This document shows, in pieces, positions 40,801 to 53,578 of a stretch of 64,000 bases of DNA. The notes below the pieces were generated by a model, which was given only the letters and a program-made list of their open reading frames with translations, made no database searches and was not told the origin of the DNA. Source of the DNA: Phyllobates terribilis (Eukaryota); assembly GCF_046119375.1 (NCBI RefSeq), contig NW_027362771.1, positions 261,764,001-261,828,000 of the forward strand, written 5' to 3'. The position numbers and the translations under genes are program-made. The first letter of the stretch is position 1; each line of letters opens with the position of its first letter.

Positions 40801-43800
40801 CGGCAATGACCAGCCTCGAGTGTATTAAATATCCATTTGCGGTATGTAGACAGCATCACAAGTCAATGTGTAAATTCACATTAATGTTTTTTACATATGG
40901 ACCAATGGTCTGCGTGTAACAAATCGCAGCATGCACTACTTTGATCCATACTCTGGATCAGACTCTGTCATAAGTCAATGGGTGTGCAAAAAAATGGATC
41001 ATAAGTATATACTAAAGAGTTATATGGATAGCACACAAACATAAAAAACGGATATATGGATGCAATGCAAATATGAAAACAGACATAGGGATAGCACATG
41101 GACGTATGGATGAAAAAGGACATGCGAAACACAATAGAGATGCAAAAAACGACAGTTATTTTCTGGACGAAACGCAGATAATTTTGCATACGCTTCTGTG
41201 ATCTCGGCCTTACAACAGAAGGATGGTGTTTGTTTGTTGCAAGGAAAATATAATATTACATGATACCCATTGGAGAAGCAATCATGTAATACAAGGGGAG
41301 CTTTTCTTTTATATTTTGGAGAAGAATTTTTTTTTTGTAGCTTGTACTATAAAATAACATTGTAATAATATAATTCTATTTCACCATACTAGGTGGTCAA
41401 ACAAGAAAAATGTTCCAAGACTTGGCACCTTTGGCACTTCCATTGAAGATGTAGATGCATTTTATTCTTTTTGGTATGTTCTTATAAAACTTGTTATGGA
41501 TTAGTTTCTGCATTATTATTTTTCAGAATAATTCAATTGTAAATAAGCATAAACTTATTCTTTAGTACAGAAATTGATTCATTACGTTACGTGTATTGTA
41601 CATTCACATTAAATTACTTTATCCAAGATTAGAAAAACATGGCTGCTGTCATTCAAAAACAATGCCACTCCTGTGTACAGGTTGAGTATGTTATTACAGT
41701 TCTGTATCTTCACTGCAATACTAGACATAACCTGTAAACAGGGGTGACTCTTTTTAGAAGAAGGCAGCCATGTTTTTGTAATTCTTGACAACTCCTTTGA
41801 GCACTTTCTGCTCTGTTAGCTTAACTGTTCTGTTGAATTGAACTTTCCCTATTTTATTTTATTTTTTTTTTATGCCAGGTACAATTTTGATTCTTGGAGA
41901 GAGTTTTCTTACTTGGATGAAGAAGAAAAAGAAAAAGCAGAATGGTGAATAATACCTTAATTTCCTATGACTTTCATTCACATGTCTATTGTCTCTTAGC
42001 CTGGCACTTCTAGGGTATGTGCACATGGCATCCTAGATGCCGCCATCCCCCCTGAAACCACTCTGACATGCCTGCTCCTTGTCACCCTCCTCTAGAGCCT
42101 CCCTCCATTACAGCCCCCTCTTGGTCACCTTTCTCCTCCTATGTAGCTCTCCTACCACCTTCTCAGCTGACAGCTTTGTTCTCCTTTGCATCCAGCCTTC
42201 ATTCTCCTGTTTATCCAGCCTCCTCACTCCTACTCAGTAGCCAGCTCTGTTGCTCCTTGCATCCAGCTTTCCCCATCCTCCTCAGCAGGCTGCTCCTATC
42301 TCCATTCCTCTCTAGAGCCAGCCTCCTCCTCCTCTGATTTTTGTTCCTGTCCATGCTGTTCTCCCCTGTACACAGACATAGGGAAAGAAAAACGTCACCA
42401 ATAATGTCAAGGTCGCCTTACTCCATACTTACTAAACATGAATGAATATTGCAGTACCGTGCAACGTTTAGTCAAGTGTGTATTAAAAAACACTGACAAG
42501 TAAGAATGCTTTCAAAAACAGAAGTATTAATAGTTTATTTTTATCATCTAACAAAATCTACATCAAATCAGTATTTGATATGACCACTCTGCCTTCAAAG
42601 CGAGATCAGTTCTAGGTACACTTGTGCAAAGTCAGTGTTTTTGTAAGATTGTAGTCAGCTGTTGAGTAATTATACCATACAGGTGATAATGATCATCATT
42701 TTCAAGTGATAGTTTAATTAGTAATTAACCAAAACTGATACAGCTGTGTAGGAGGCTTAAAACTGTGAGTTTGTGAGGAATAACACAACTCTGCTACAAA
42801 TGTGAGATTGTGGAAGACAAGTTCATGTCACAGGTTATACACCACGGCAATCCTGAGCACAGCTACAAGGTAGTTATACTGCATTAGCAACTTCTTTCCC
42901 AGGCACAGATTTTTAAAGCAGACTGCGGTCTCAGGATTGTTCAAGCTGTTTTGAACACGCATAAAGAAATGGGCAATGTTGAGAGTTGGAGATGCAGTGG
43001 TAGGCTAAGGAAACTTGGTGCAGCAGATGAAAGACACATCATGTTTACTTCCCATCGAAATTGGAAGATGTCTAGCAGTGCCATCAGCTCAGAACTGGCA
43101 GCTCCCATCTACTATTCGGAGATGTCTGGGCAGAAGTGGTCTTCATGAATCATAAATTTATCGTTGACAAAGTTCTGATTTCGACACCATAGAGTCTGTG
43201 TGGGATCGCATCCATCCATGTCTAGGATCACCTTCCTTTTTGAGTTCCTTTTAAAAACTGTGGGCAAGTCTACCTGGAAATATTGATGCTGCTTTGAAGG
43301 CAAAGGGTGGTCACACCAAATATTGATTTGATTTAGATTTCTCTTTTGTTTTTTCACTTAGAATAGTTAATTATCACTTAACAAAATGCTATTTTTTAAA
43401 GCATTCTTACTTTACAGCATTTTTTCTCCACCTACCTAAAACTTTTACATAGTACTGTATTGCCCAAAACAAGTACATAGATTTACCTATAAGTGAGAGG
43501 GGAGGAACAAAGAATGAGCTGGAGAAATAATTGCCTGTGGCGATCACAGCTTCTAGCCGGTGGTTTGAGAAACTGAACCAGTTGCCGTTAGCTTTATTAA
43601 TTGAGTTATTGGTTAGAAACAACCACTTTTAAAGTCTGTTTTAAAATAGTTTGAAATAGGTATCTAACTTTACATTACTAATTTTGATAATCCTAAAAGA
43701 TGCAAAAATACAGAACCTCGTTGAATTTTGTTGTCACTTTTATTTGTGTTGTCAGTCGTGATGAGAGAAGGTGGATTGAAAAACAGAACAGAGCGGCCCG

Positions 43801-46800
43801 AGCGCAAAGGAAAAAAGAGGAAATGAATAGGATTAGAACATTAGTTGGTAGGTATCATTTTATTTTTTACATGAACATGTAGCGCTAGGAGGAACGTCTT
43901 GCACATTAATTTAATCCGCTAGTGCTTATTTTTATAATGGCTTAATAAATCTGTATGCAGTTATCTCTCCATAGTTATAAATAGGGGTTTATGGGGTATA
44001 TTAAAAATGTGTATAAAGTTTTCTAAAATCTGATCGCTGACAAATACCATAAATTGTTGAACAATGTAGACCCAAATGTTTGGACCCCACAATCTCTTGT
44101 TGCAGCAGTTCTAAAATTCCAAGTCCACTTTGATTTTTTTGGGTGCTGTTCCTGACCTTTCTAAGATCCAAGGGATACAATTTCTCCTTCTGGAGAGTGA
44201 CATGTCAAGCCTGACATGCCAAAGTGAGGAGACTTGTAAGCCGCAATGCTCCTCTGGGAAATATCCAAATTGTCTCTTCAGAGAGGAAGAGGACTAGAAC
44301 TCTAGTGCTACCTATAGGAAGTAGCAATCCTAAAAGTCAATATCGACTCTCTAGCGAGCCTTGTCACATAACTTGGGATAAAAGCCAAAACCAAAATCTC
44401 AATTTGCAAACACTGTGTTTCGGGGTACTGCCCCTCGACAGTGCAAAGTGTGAGATCTGGTTTGGTATTTCCCAAAGGAGCATTACGACTTAAGTCTCCT
44501 CACCTTGGCATGTCAGGCTTGACATGTCACTCTCCGCAAGGAGAAACGGACAGACGTCTCTCACCCAGCCAAACCAGATCTCTTACTTTTCACTGACGAG
44601 GGGCAGAACCCCGAATCACAGTGTCTGCAAATTGAGATTTTGGTTTTGGCTTTTATCCTAAGTCATGTGACAAGACTTGTTAGAGAGTCGATATTGACTT
44701 TTAGGATTGCTACTTCCTATAGGTGGCACTAGAGTTCTAGTCCTCTTCCTCTCTGAAGAGACAATTGACCGTTCTAAAAAATGCATGGCTGTATGCCGAA
44801 TTTCTATAGCAAAGAATAGAGCGTGCCTGTGCCTCATCAGCCACCTCTGCACTTACTGCTGGTCGGACACTCGCCAGAACAGGGGATCTGGGAACGCCCA
44901 TTCTGCTGCTGGGCCAACCTCCTTGACTCGCTCCTATCAGACATTTTTGGCATATCCTTTGGGTAAGCCATAGAAGTCTCTCATGAGACAGCCCTTTTAA
45001 CTTAAATGGGTATTCCCATCTCCAAAATCCTATCCTAATATGTAGTAGGTGTAGTAGTAATTCTATTAGCAAATGCCTCCAATTAGAAATGTAATCTAGT
45101 TCTTCTGATTAGCTATGTTGCTTACCCCATGTGCAGGACATTACAGTAGCTGATATATCCATGGTTACGAGTCACAACCACTATCAACTTACTGTCACTA
45201 ATTGGAGGTATTTGCTATTATTACATCTACTATATATTGGGATAGGATCTTGGAGATGAGAATACATCTTTTAAGTATAGAATCCCTGTAATGAATTTGT
45301 ATAGTAAAAATGTCCATTGGTAAGTCTCCCATTAATATAGAATGTTTAAAAATATAAAAACCTTTTGATACCAATTTTGTTTCAATCTTAAAAAGGTTCT
45401 CTTCTTTTCTGTTTCTAGATAATGCATATAGCAGTGACCCCAGAATAAAGAAGTTCAAAGAGGAAGAAAAAGCTAGAAAAGAAGCAGAAAAGAAAGCCAA
45501 GGCAGATGCAAGGAGAAAAGAACAGGAAGAAAAAGAAAAGGTATTTGCTATAAAGTGAAAAGTCAGCCAGTAACAATACACACTCCGTCCTTGTCACTAC
45601 AATTCTCCAGTGGTTTGGCTGCTAGGGGTGGAAATGTTGTTTTTGAAGCTAGGCCTGGTGCTCTAGTAATTAAGCTATGTGATCTTCCCAAACTGTCACT
45701 TTCAGATCACTCACAGCAATAAAGTCTGCTCCTCAATGTTTCTGTCAATATTGGTGAATTTTAACCCCTTCCAGACAGGGTGATTTTTTTTATTTATTTT
45801 TTTGCACTTTTGTTTTTTCCTCTACTTCTTCGAAGAGCCATAACTTTTTTATTTTTCCACCGACATATCTGTATGATGGCTTTTTTTTGCAGGACGAGTT
45901 GTTCTTTTGAATGACTCCATAAATTTTATTGTGATGCAGTGGAAAGCTGGGAAAAAAATTGCAAATGAGACAAAAAAAAATGCAATTACAGCCTTCATTA
46001 TGTGGTAAAAATGACCTGGCAATACTATTCTCCAGGTCAATACGACTATGTTGATGCAAATTTTCTGGAGGTACCACGTGGCTTTTTTTTTTTTTAATGG
46101 GGGTGATTCAAACATTTATTTTCTCCATATCTGTAAAAACATTTTTTTAAAACATTTTTGCTGTATTTTTAGTGATCGCCTGATTTGTACTGTTCACACC
46201 AATACCACATTACTGCTGTGTATAGCAAAAAAATCCTAGTTTAATATGAATGCCAACCACAGTTGGCTTTCATAGGATTACAGTCATGACAGGCACAGGG
46301 GTCTTCAGTAGACCCGATCATTATGGCAACCCATTGGCAAGCCACGATTGCACCAATGGACGGTTAGCAGAGCATGTCCCCTTAGGCCGTGCGTTGTAAA
46401 TGCCGTTGTCACAGGTTAACAGCCATAGTCTACATTTACCTTTTGTGCCGGAAAGGTGTTAATACATTAGCTCATTGGTATGGATTTTCCTTGGGTGCTC
46501 CAGTTGAGGGTATATTAGATGGGAATTTAAATTGTGACCTCTTTCAGGGACAGAGAATGATGTTCAGTGCTGTGAAAACTGCCTTTGCAAGATGTTTGTA
46601 CTTCTGATTAAAAAAAAAACAGCTTAACTTTAGAAAAGAAAATGCATATTATTTTTTTTATCCATATAACATCTGTATCCCATATTGCAATGGTAGTGTG
46701 CACTGGCTGGTTCTAAATATGCCAAATCATTGAGTTACTCATAAAAATTATTCCTTTTTTAAGAGGTATAATTGAACAATACTGGACAACCAGTATTTTT

Positions 46801-49800
46801 CAATTACAACTCCATATATACCTAAATATATTCTGTGTTCTTAAATTGAGCTGATCTGCGTTAATTGGAGATCATGTAGAAAACATGTCTAATTATTACA
46901 GCTAAGACAGGCAGAATTGGAAGCTGCACGGTTAGCAAAGGAGAAGGAAGAGGAAGAGGCTCGCCAGCAAGCACTTGTCCTGAAAAAAGAAAAAGAGATA
47001 CAGAAGAAAGCAATAAAGAAAGAACGTCAGCGGCTACGCACTACATGCAAGGTGGGTAAAACCATGGGGGGTGCCAAATTTATATTCAGTCAATTTGAAT
47101 ATGCTTTTTATAGCTAGGACAGTGTTTAACCATAAACCTTAATGTTATTACTAATCCCACTTTAAAACTGTATTCACTAGTACTTGATTGTGGTGTGTGC
47201 CTAACTCTCATACGATTCCCCCTATTAGAACACATGGTGGAATCTAAAAAACTCGGAGTTCCATTCTAGAAGCCCCAGCACAGAGCCACTAATATTTGTA
47301 TGGCCTCTATTTTTAATATTTCCCCTGAAGCAATAGAAGAAATGTGTGCCCAGCAGTAACATCCAATCGCTTCAGAAGCTGGGGCCACTGTATTCAACAT
47401 CTTAAAATACTCTGTAGATGGAGGCTTCTGTTGATAGGAGGATGTCCTAAAACGTGACTTTGATGCAGAGAGGACTACAAACATGGTGTGAAATAAAACT
47501 GTGACATGAAACATTTTACATTCTGTTTGAATTATATAATTTTTACCTTTTAAGAATGATGGCAGACTGGCGTCCGATTCTGTTGAGTGGGAATATTTAT
47601 GGGCGGTGTTGGAAAAGTTTGGTATAGGACCTAGTTTTATTTCATGGGTTAAATTGCAGTATGGTAGGCCAGTGGCTAGAATACGGGTAAATGGACACCT
47701 CTCCCCGGCTTTTGGACTGAGTAGAGGTATGCCGCAGGGGTGCCCGTTGTCCCCCCTGCTCTTTGCACTGGCCATTGAACCCCTGGCATCGGTTATCAGG
47801 GAGCATCCAGGAATAGTTTGGTTTCGTAGAGGGAATACTGAAGAGAAGGTCGCGTTATACGCTGATGACGCTTTATTATTTTTGGCTAAAACTTCAGAGT
47901 ACCTTCCTATAGCAATGGAAACAATAGAAACATTTGGAAAATACTTTGGTCTGAAGATAAATTGGAGCAAATCAGTTATACTTCCATTGGATAATACCGA
48001 TGAGAATGCTTCCCACTACATTAATTCGGGTTTACAAGTGGTATCGGAGTTTAAATATGTAGGCATCAATATATCAGCAAAAATAAATGATTGTGAGTTG
48101 AATCTTGACCCAGTCTTAATTAAATTTAGAGGTAAACTAGGTGCCTGGTCTAAGTTACCATTGTCGGTTGTGGGCCGTGCTAACCTGGTTAAAATGATCT
48201 GGATGCCACAATTGCAGTATGTTCTACACAACTCCCCAATATGGATAAACCAGAGGTGTTTCTTTAAAGTCAGTCAGGAGTTTAGAAAATTAATATGGTG
48301 CAAACAGACTGTGAGAATTAAACTGGAAACATTGCAAAGAAACAAAACAATGGGAGGGCTTGCGGTTCCTAACCCATGGGTATATTATGTGTCATCTCAG
48401 CTTCAACACATTCGGGATGGAATGACCCTGGGGGAGGGGGAACTCAGTGTATTTTGCTACAGCATTATTTCCAATCAGATAAACTCTATGAGGTATTGGA
48501 GGCGCATAAGTTCAGGACACTTGGAGGCAAAATACCGACTATCCTGTTATGTCACAAACTTTGGGGGACGGTGAAAAAATTACTTCCACAAGTTATATGT
48601 AATTGGATTGACTATTGTTACTATGTTCAAATATTTGTTCCTCTAATTATGCTGTTTTTTTCAGAGCCAGGATGTATAAATAACTCATGTTTAATGCTTC
48701 TTAAGGTTGGAGGGTGGAGAACTGTGTTTCTCCAATGTTTGTCTGGTTGTTGTTGTTGTTGTTTTTTTTTACCTTTGTGAAAATCTTTATAAAAATTAAT
48801 AAAAAAACATCTGATTTAAAAAAAATAAAAATGATGGCAGACTACTTTTCCACTTTTGAAATGTAAACCAGAATAGTGCAATGGCATTGAAAACCACATC
48901 ATAATGTGACAAACCCCAAATGCACACCATGCTTACACACTTTCATATAATATACATGGTACAGAAAAGGAATGTATACTGTTTTTTTATTTCCATTGGC
49001 TTTTGTTTATATTTTTTTTTTAAACTACAGAATTGGAATTACTTCTCTGAAAATGAGGCGGACAGTGTGAAAATGATGGAAGAAGTAGAAAAGTTGTGTG
49101 ATCGACTTGAACTAATTAGGTATGTGGTTTTTTTCATTGGAAAAAACGAGAGAAACGAACTGGAATATAAGTTGGCATGCATGCAACGTGTAGGTGCATG
49201 TTCACACTGGCCACTAAACAGACAAAACCTAAGATAGAAACATAATAAGCAAATACCCTGCAGTAAGTAAATAAATGGCAGAAGTGTATGTAAATATTAT
49301 AGGGTACTTCGTTAACATTGTTTTGGTCAAAAAAACATAATAGCCATCCCACAGCATCAAGGTGACCCTACTAGGGATGGTCCTAACCTCTAGTATTAAA
49401 ACCTTACCATATGTCTAATGACCTGAATGTGAATAAGGGGTGAGGCCCCGATTAATGGACACCCAGCCACGGGGAGCTATATAAACGTAATGTCCAGTTC
49501 AAAGAAAAGGGAGGCCATGCCATTATTTGCATAAGGTGCAAAATGTTAGTTTTTTTTTGTTGTTCTGCGTGATGTTGCTGAGCAAATGATGAATGCCTGA
49601 CAAAATGGCTTTGTATGGTATGTAATTCCCATACTTAATGGTGGTTACCATGCCTTATTTGACTTTTCCGGTGTCGTTTTCTGCTCTTAGTTTACAGTCT
49701 CTAAATGAGGCCCTTTCTGGAAGCTCGAAAGAAGAAAGTAAAAGTGCTGTGGAGAAGCAGGTATGTGAAAAGGACCCATCGGAAACTAATACAGATGTGA

Positions 49801-52800
49801 TATATTATGGTAGCTTTGTAGTAATGAGAAAAACTCCACTCAAAGCTTGTCTTAGTATTATATGGCACATATTCCAATGAATTGGTGATTGTCAATTCTG
49901 TGAGCAGAAAAGTATGCTTTGACGTAAAACAAAATACCTAAATGTCATTAAGATTGCAGAAGTAAATGCACAGATTAAGAGAGAGAAGGAGCAGGAGGAG
50001 GCTCGTATGAGGCAATCCACAAGAGGGGCAGAGCAGTCTTCTTCTGGTGGTGGAGGTGGTAGCAGCAAGTCTTGGTCAGAGGATGACCTGCAGCTACTGA
50101 TAAAAGCTGTGAACTTATTTCCTGCTGGAACGAATGCCAGGTAACAACAGAGCTGTCTGAATACTAAAACTGATCAATTATTCTTGCCAATATTATACTT
50201 ATAGCCATAAGTCAACTCTGGCTTTTTGTGTTGAATTTTTAGCTGAAGCTGCAAATTTTAGTGAAAATGGAAAATCTGAATAAAATATCACCCATTTGAT
50301 AGTGTATTGAATTTCCTTTTAAACATTTCTTTGATAAATCTTTTACCATTGTCGTTTTATCTCTAATGTGGAATCCAAATCTGTCTACAATATGTGGCTT
50401 GATGTATGCAATTCTAGAAACCTAGAGAGTAGTCTTGTACTGATAAGGGATGCAGCATTTCCTAGGGTTAAGAACAATTTCTAATGGATCAAAATAAATT
50501 GCCTGCAAATATTTCTTAGAAATTAAATAAATGGTTATTTTATGGACTTGTTTTCTGTCCCATAGGCCTTGCATACCCTCTACATAATGATCACATCAAG
50601 AAGTTAACCTATTCATTTTATTCTGCAGGTGGGAAGTTATTGCCAATTATATGAACTTGCACTCCGTTTCTGGAATAAAAAGAACTGCAAAGGATGTAAT
50701 AAATAAAGCCAAATCCCTACAGAAGCTAGGTAAGTCGTCTAATTGGCATACTTGATATAGGATAGGCCATAAATTGTACCTTTGCGACCCATGCCAATTG
50801 GTAATTTGAAGGGACAATAGTGAGTTCTGCATCCCATATACTGTTGATGTTGGCACATTGATTCATCTATATAGAGACCTGTGTCTTGTCTGGTGCTTAT
50901 CCCAAAACACAATGACCTGGAGCTACGCTATGACTTTGTCCATGACACAAATCACCATATGCCTTTGTTACATCACAACGTAATACGAGTGAATGGGGTC
51001 ACATTGTGACAAGCAAGTGACAAAGTTAGAACTGGTTGGGTTTTTTTGATACTTGCTTGGCACTGTATCGTACAGGATCACAATGTGACCTCATTCACTT
51101 GCACTATTCTGTGATGTAGCAATGACATACAGTGATCTTTGGCTGCACAACCTGTCATGGGCAAAGTCACCGTGTAGCTGCAGAATTATAGTGTTGATTG
51201 GCAGAAGTCCCAGAGGCCTGTTTTACGGATATACCACCAAGCTTATTGGAGTTGTCTATTAAAATTAGGTTGTCTGGGACCCACTCTGTGCAGTGTGTGG
51301 CTAGTTTTCCTCCCCTACCACAGTTTATATGCAAGAATACACATATTGAACATCTAAGGATTGGCTGATCTTTCAGAGTAATTGCTTAGATAAGCAAAAA
51401 CAATGACCTGTATACATTTATTGTATATCCTCAATACTGACTGACATTTTGAGAAGATACTAATACTTACCATGCATTTTTAGTTTTCAATATGGTTTTC
51501 ACTTAAAAAAAACCTGTTATGATCCAAGTACGGGTCAGATTTATTATTGCATTTGTGCCTTTTCATTCACTCATTTTTTTAATTTGTGCCTCATTTTAAA
51601 GTATACTTTATGTATTTTCCTGCTTTTTGTGTGGGGTTTATAAATAAATACATTTTTCACTGGAGATGGGGTTTGGGTTTCCCATATTCTCTGCTGCTTG
51701 ACCAACTGCGGTTTTTGTTTTTTCTTTTAGCTTTTTTTTTAATGTACTCTAGCATCCCTTTTGAAATAATTTTATTTACCCCAGGCATTTTTATACAAAT
51801 TTTGCAACATTTTAGTCACAAGAGGTTAAAAGCAAAAATAAAAAGTTTATTTTGTGCAAAATTCATGAACCATGTCATTTTAAAGATTGTCACAAAAACA
51901 GTCAACGAATACCACAACACAATAAGAATAATGTAAAGAAAAAACACAAATTATACTGGCCCAACATTTTTATTTTACTGGGGACAGAATATTGTGACCC
52001 TCCATCACTAGTGAGATTACCAGAATACCTACATTACGTGTCTGCTGAAGATTAACATTAATTTACTTTGACTGCAGATCCTCAGCAAAAGGATGACATT
52101 AATAAGAAAGCGTTTGATAAATTCAAGAAGGAACATAAGGTTGTAGCTCAGTCTGTAGACAATGCTATGCCTTCTGAGCGGTTTGAAGGTAAGTCACTGT
52201 TTGGCCAGAGGTATAGGCCAATGCCGTTTAAAAGGGAAACTGTAAACTTCATTTTCCATAGTCATGCAGAAGTATTTCTTTATATGTCAGTATGCCAAAA
52301 TTCCTATGATGCCTCCTTGATCCAGGTCTGTTGTGCCATTGTTGCTAAATCTTTCTTTAATCTATATGCAAATTTGGCTGCAACTGCTCTGGTGTGTGAT
52401 TCTACTACTGCATTTCCAGGTCTGCATGCTACTTATAGATGGCAGTTGTAACCAGGGCTGTGGAGTCAGTAAGCCAAACCTCCGACTCCACAGCACTGCT
52501 TCAGTACTGAGCATGTACATAAAGTGCAGCACAGATTCATCTCATCAAAAAGCCTAGACCCTTTAGATCAGGAAGAGAACAGTCATTTATAGGACATTTC
52601 ATAGCTTTCCCAAATTCTTATGAAAAATGTACAGCATATCCTACATTGTACTACTGTACCCAATTTATTATATATTTTAGGTGTCTGTCCATTTTTCTCC
52701 GACTCCACAGCAAACTTCAGTGTACAGATCTTTGTGGCTAAACAGTAGCACATTGCTCTGTACATGCAGTATTTACAGCACTGCGGTACTGTCTGGCCAC

Positions 52801-53547
52801 GGTGCAGGACGTCACTTGCGAGAGCATCGCTGTTCTCTGCTCCCAGGGTAGTCTTAGAAGTCACACCAACAATGCGCTCTGGTGATGGCTCGTTACTACT
52901 GATCCGAGCTGGCAACAGCAGCTGTCATTATGCACAGTGACAGAGCAGGGAATAGGCCAGCCCCTGAAACTAGCGTCAGACGCTTCGTATCAGGGAGGCG
53001 GCAGTGACCGCAGCCTCTGGCCCCTGCTAATGCTTAGTTTAAGAATCTCAGTGCATGTTGGGTTATTCAGTCATAAAAAAAAAAATGTTATACTTGAATT
53101 AAAAATTCCCTATTAGAAATTAGATCCGATTATTGCATTGAATAGATAGGGATTTACGATAAATTACTGTGTATGTCGGACAACTGCTTTTACCCCTTTA
53201 CCACCATGTTTTTTCAGTTTTCGTTTTTTGCTCCTCTTCTTCCCAGAGCCATAACTTTTCTTTATTTTTCAGTCCATAGAACCGTATGAGGGCTTGTTTT
53301 TTTCCGGGACAAGTTGTCCTTTTGAACCACAACATTGGTTTTACCATATAGTCTACTGGAAAACAGGAAAAAAATTCCAAGTGCGGTGAAATAGCACAAT
53401 CGTTTGTTTGTTTTTACCATGTTCACTAACATGTTCACTAAATGCTAAAACTGACCTGCCATTAAGATTCGCCAGGTCATTACGAGTTTGTAGACACCAA
53501 ACATGTATAGGTTCTTTTTTTAAGTGGTGAAAAAAAAATTCCAAAAG

Positions 53548-53578
<31 letters not shown>

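Larger units (their letters stand above)
44165..44765. mobile_element. Penelope-like inverted terminal-repeat insertion with two minimal hammerhead motifs
   Basis: Reverse copy 44165-44465 followed by a permuted forward copy 44466-44765; flanks TGACCTTTCTAA / TGACCGTTCTAA. Confidence 0.75.

Noticed and set aside
42068-42404. Pro/Ser/Leu-rich ORFs
   Set aside because: C/T-rich low-complexity intronic sequence with no splice or homology support.
47266-47970. 234-aa minus-strand ORF
   Set aside because: Antisense shadow of the L1 RT.
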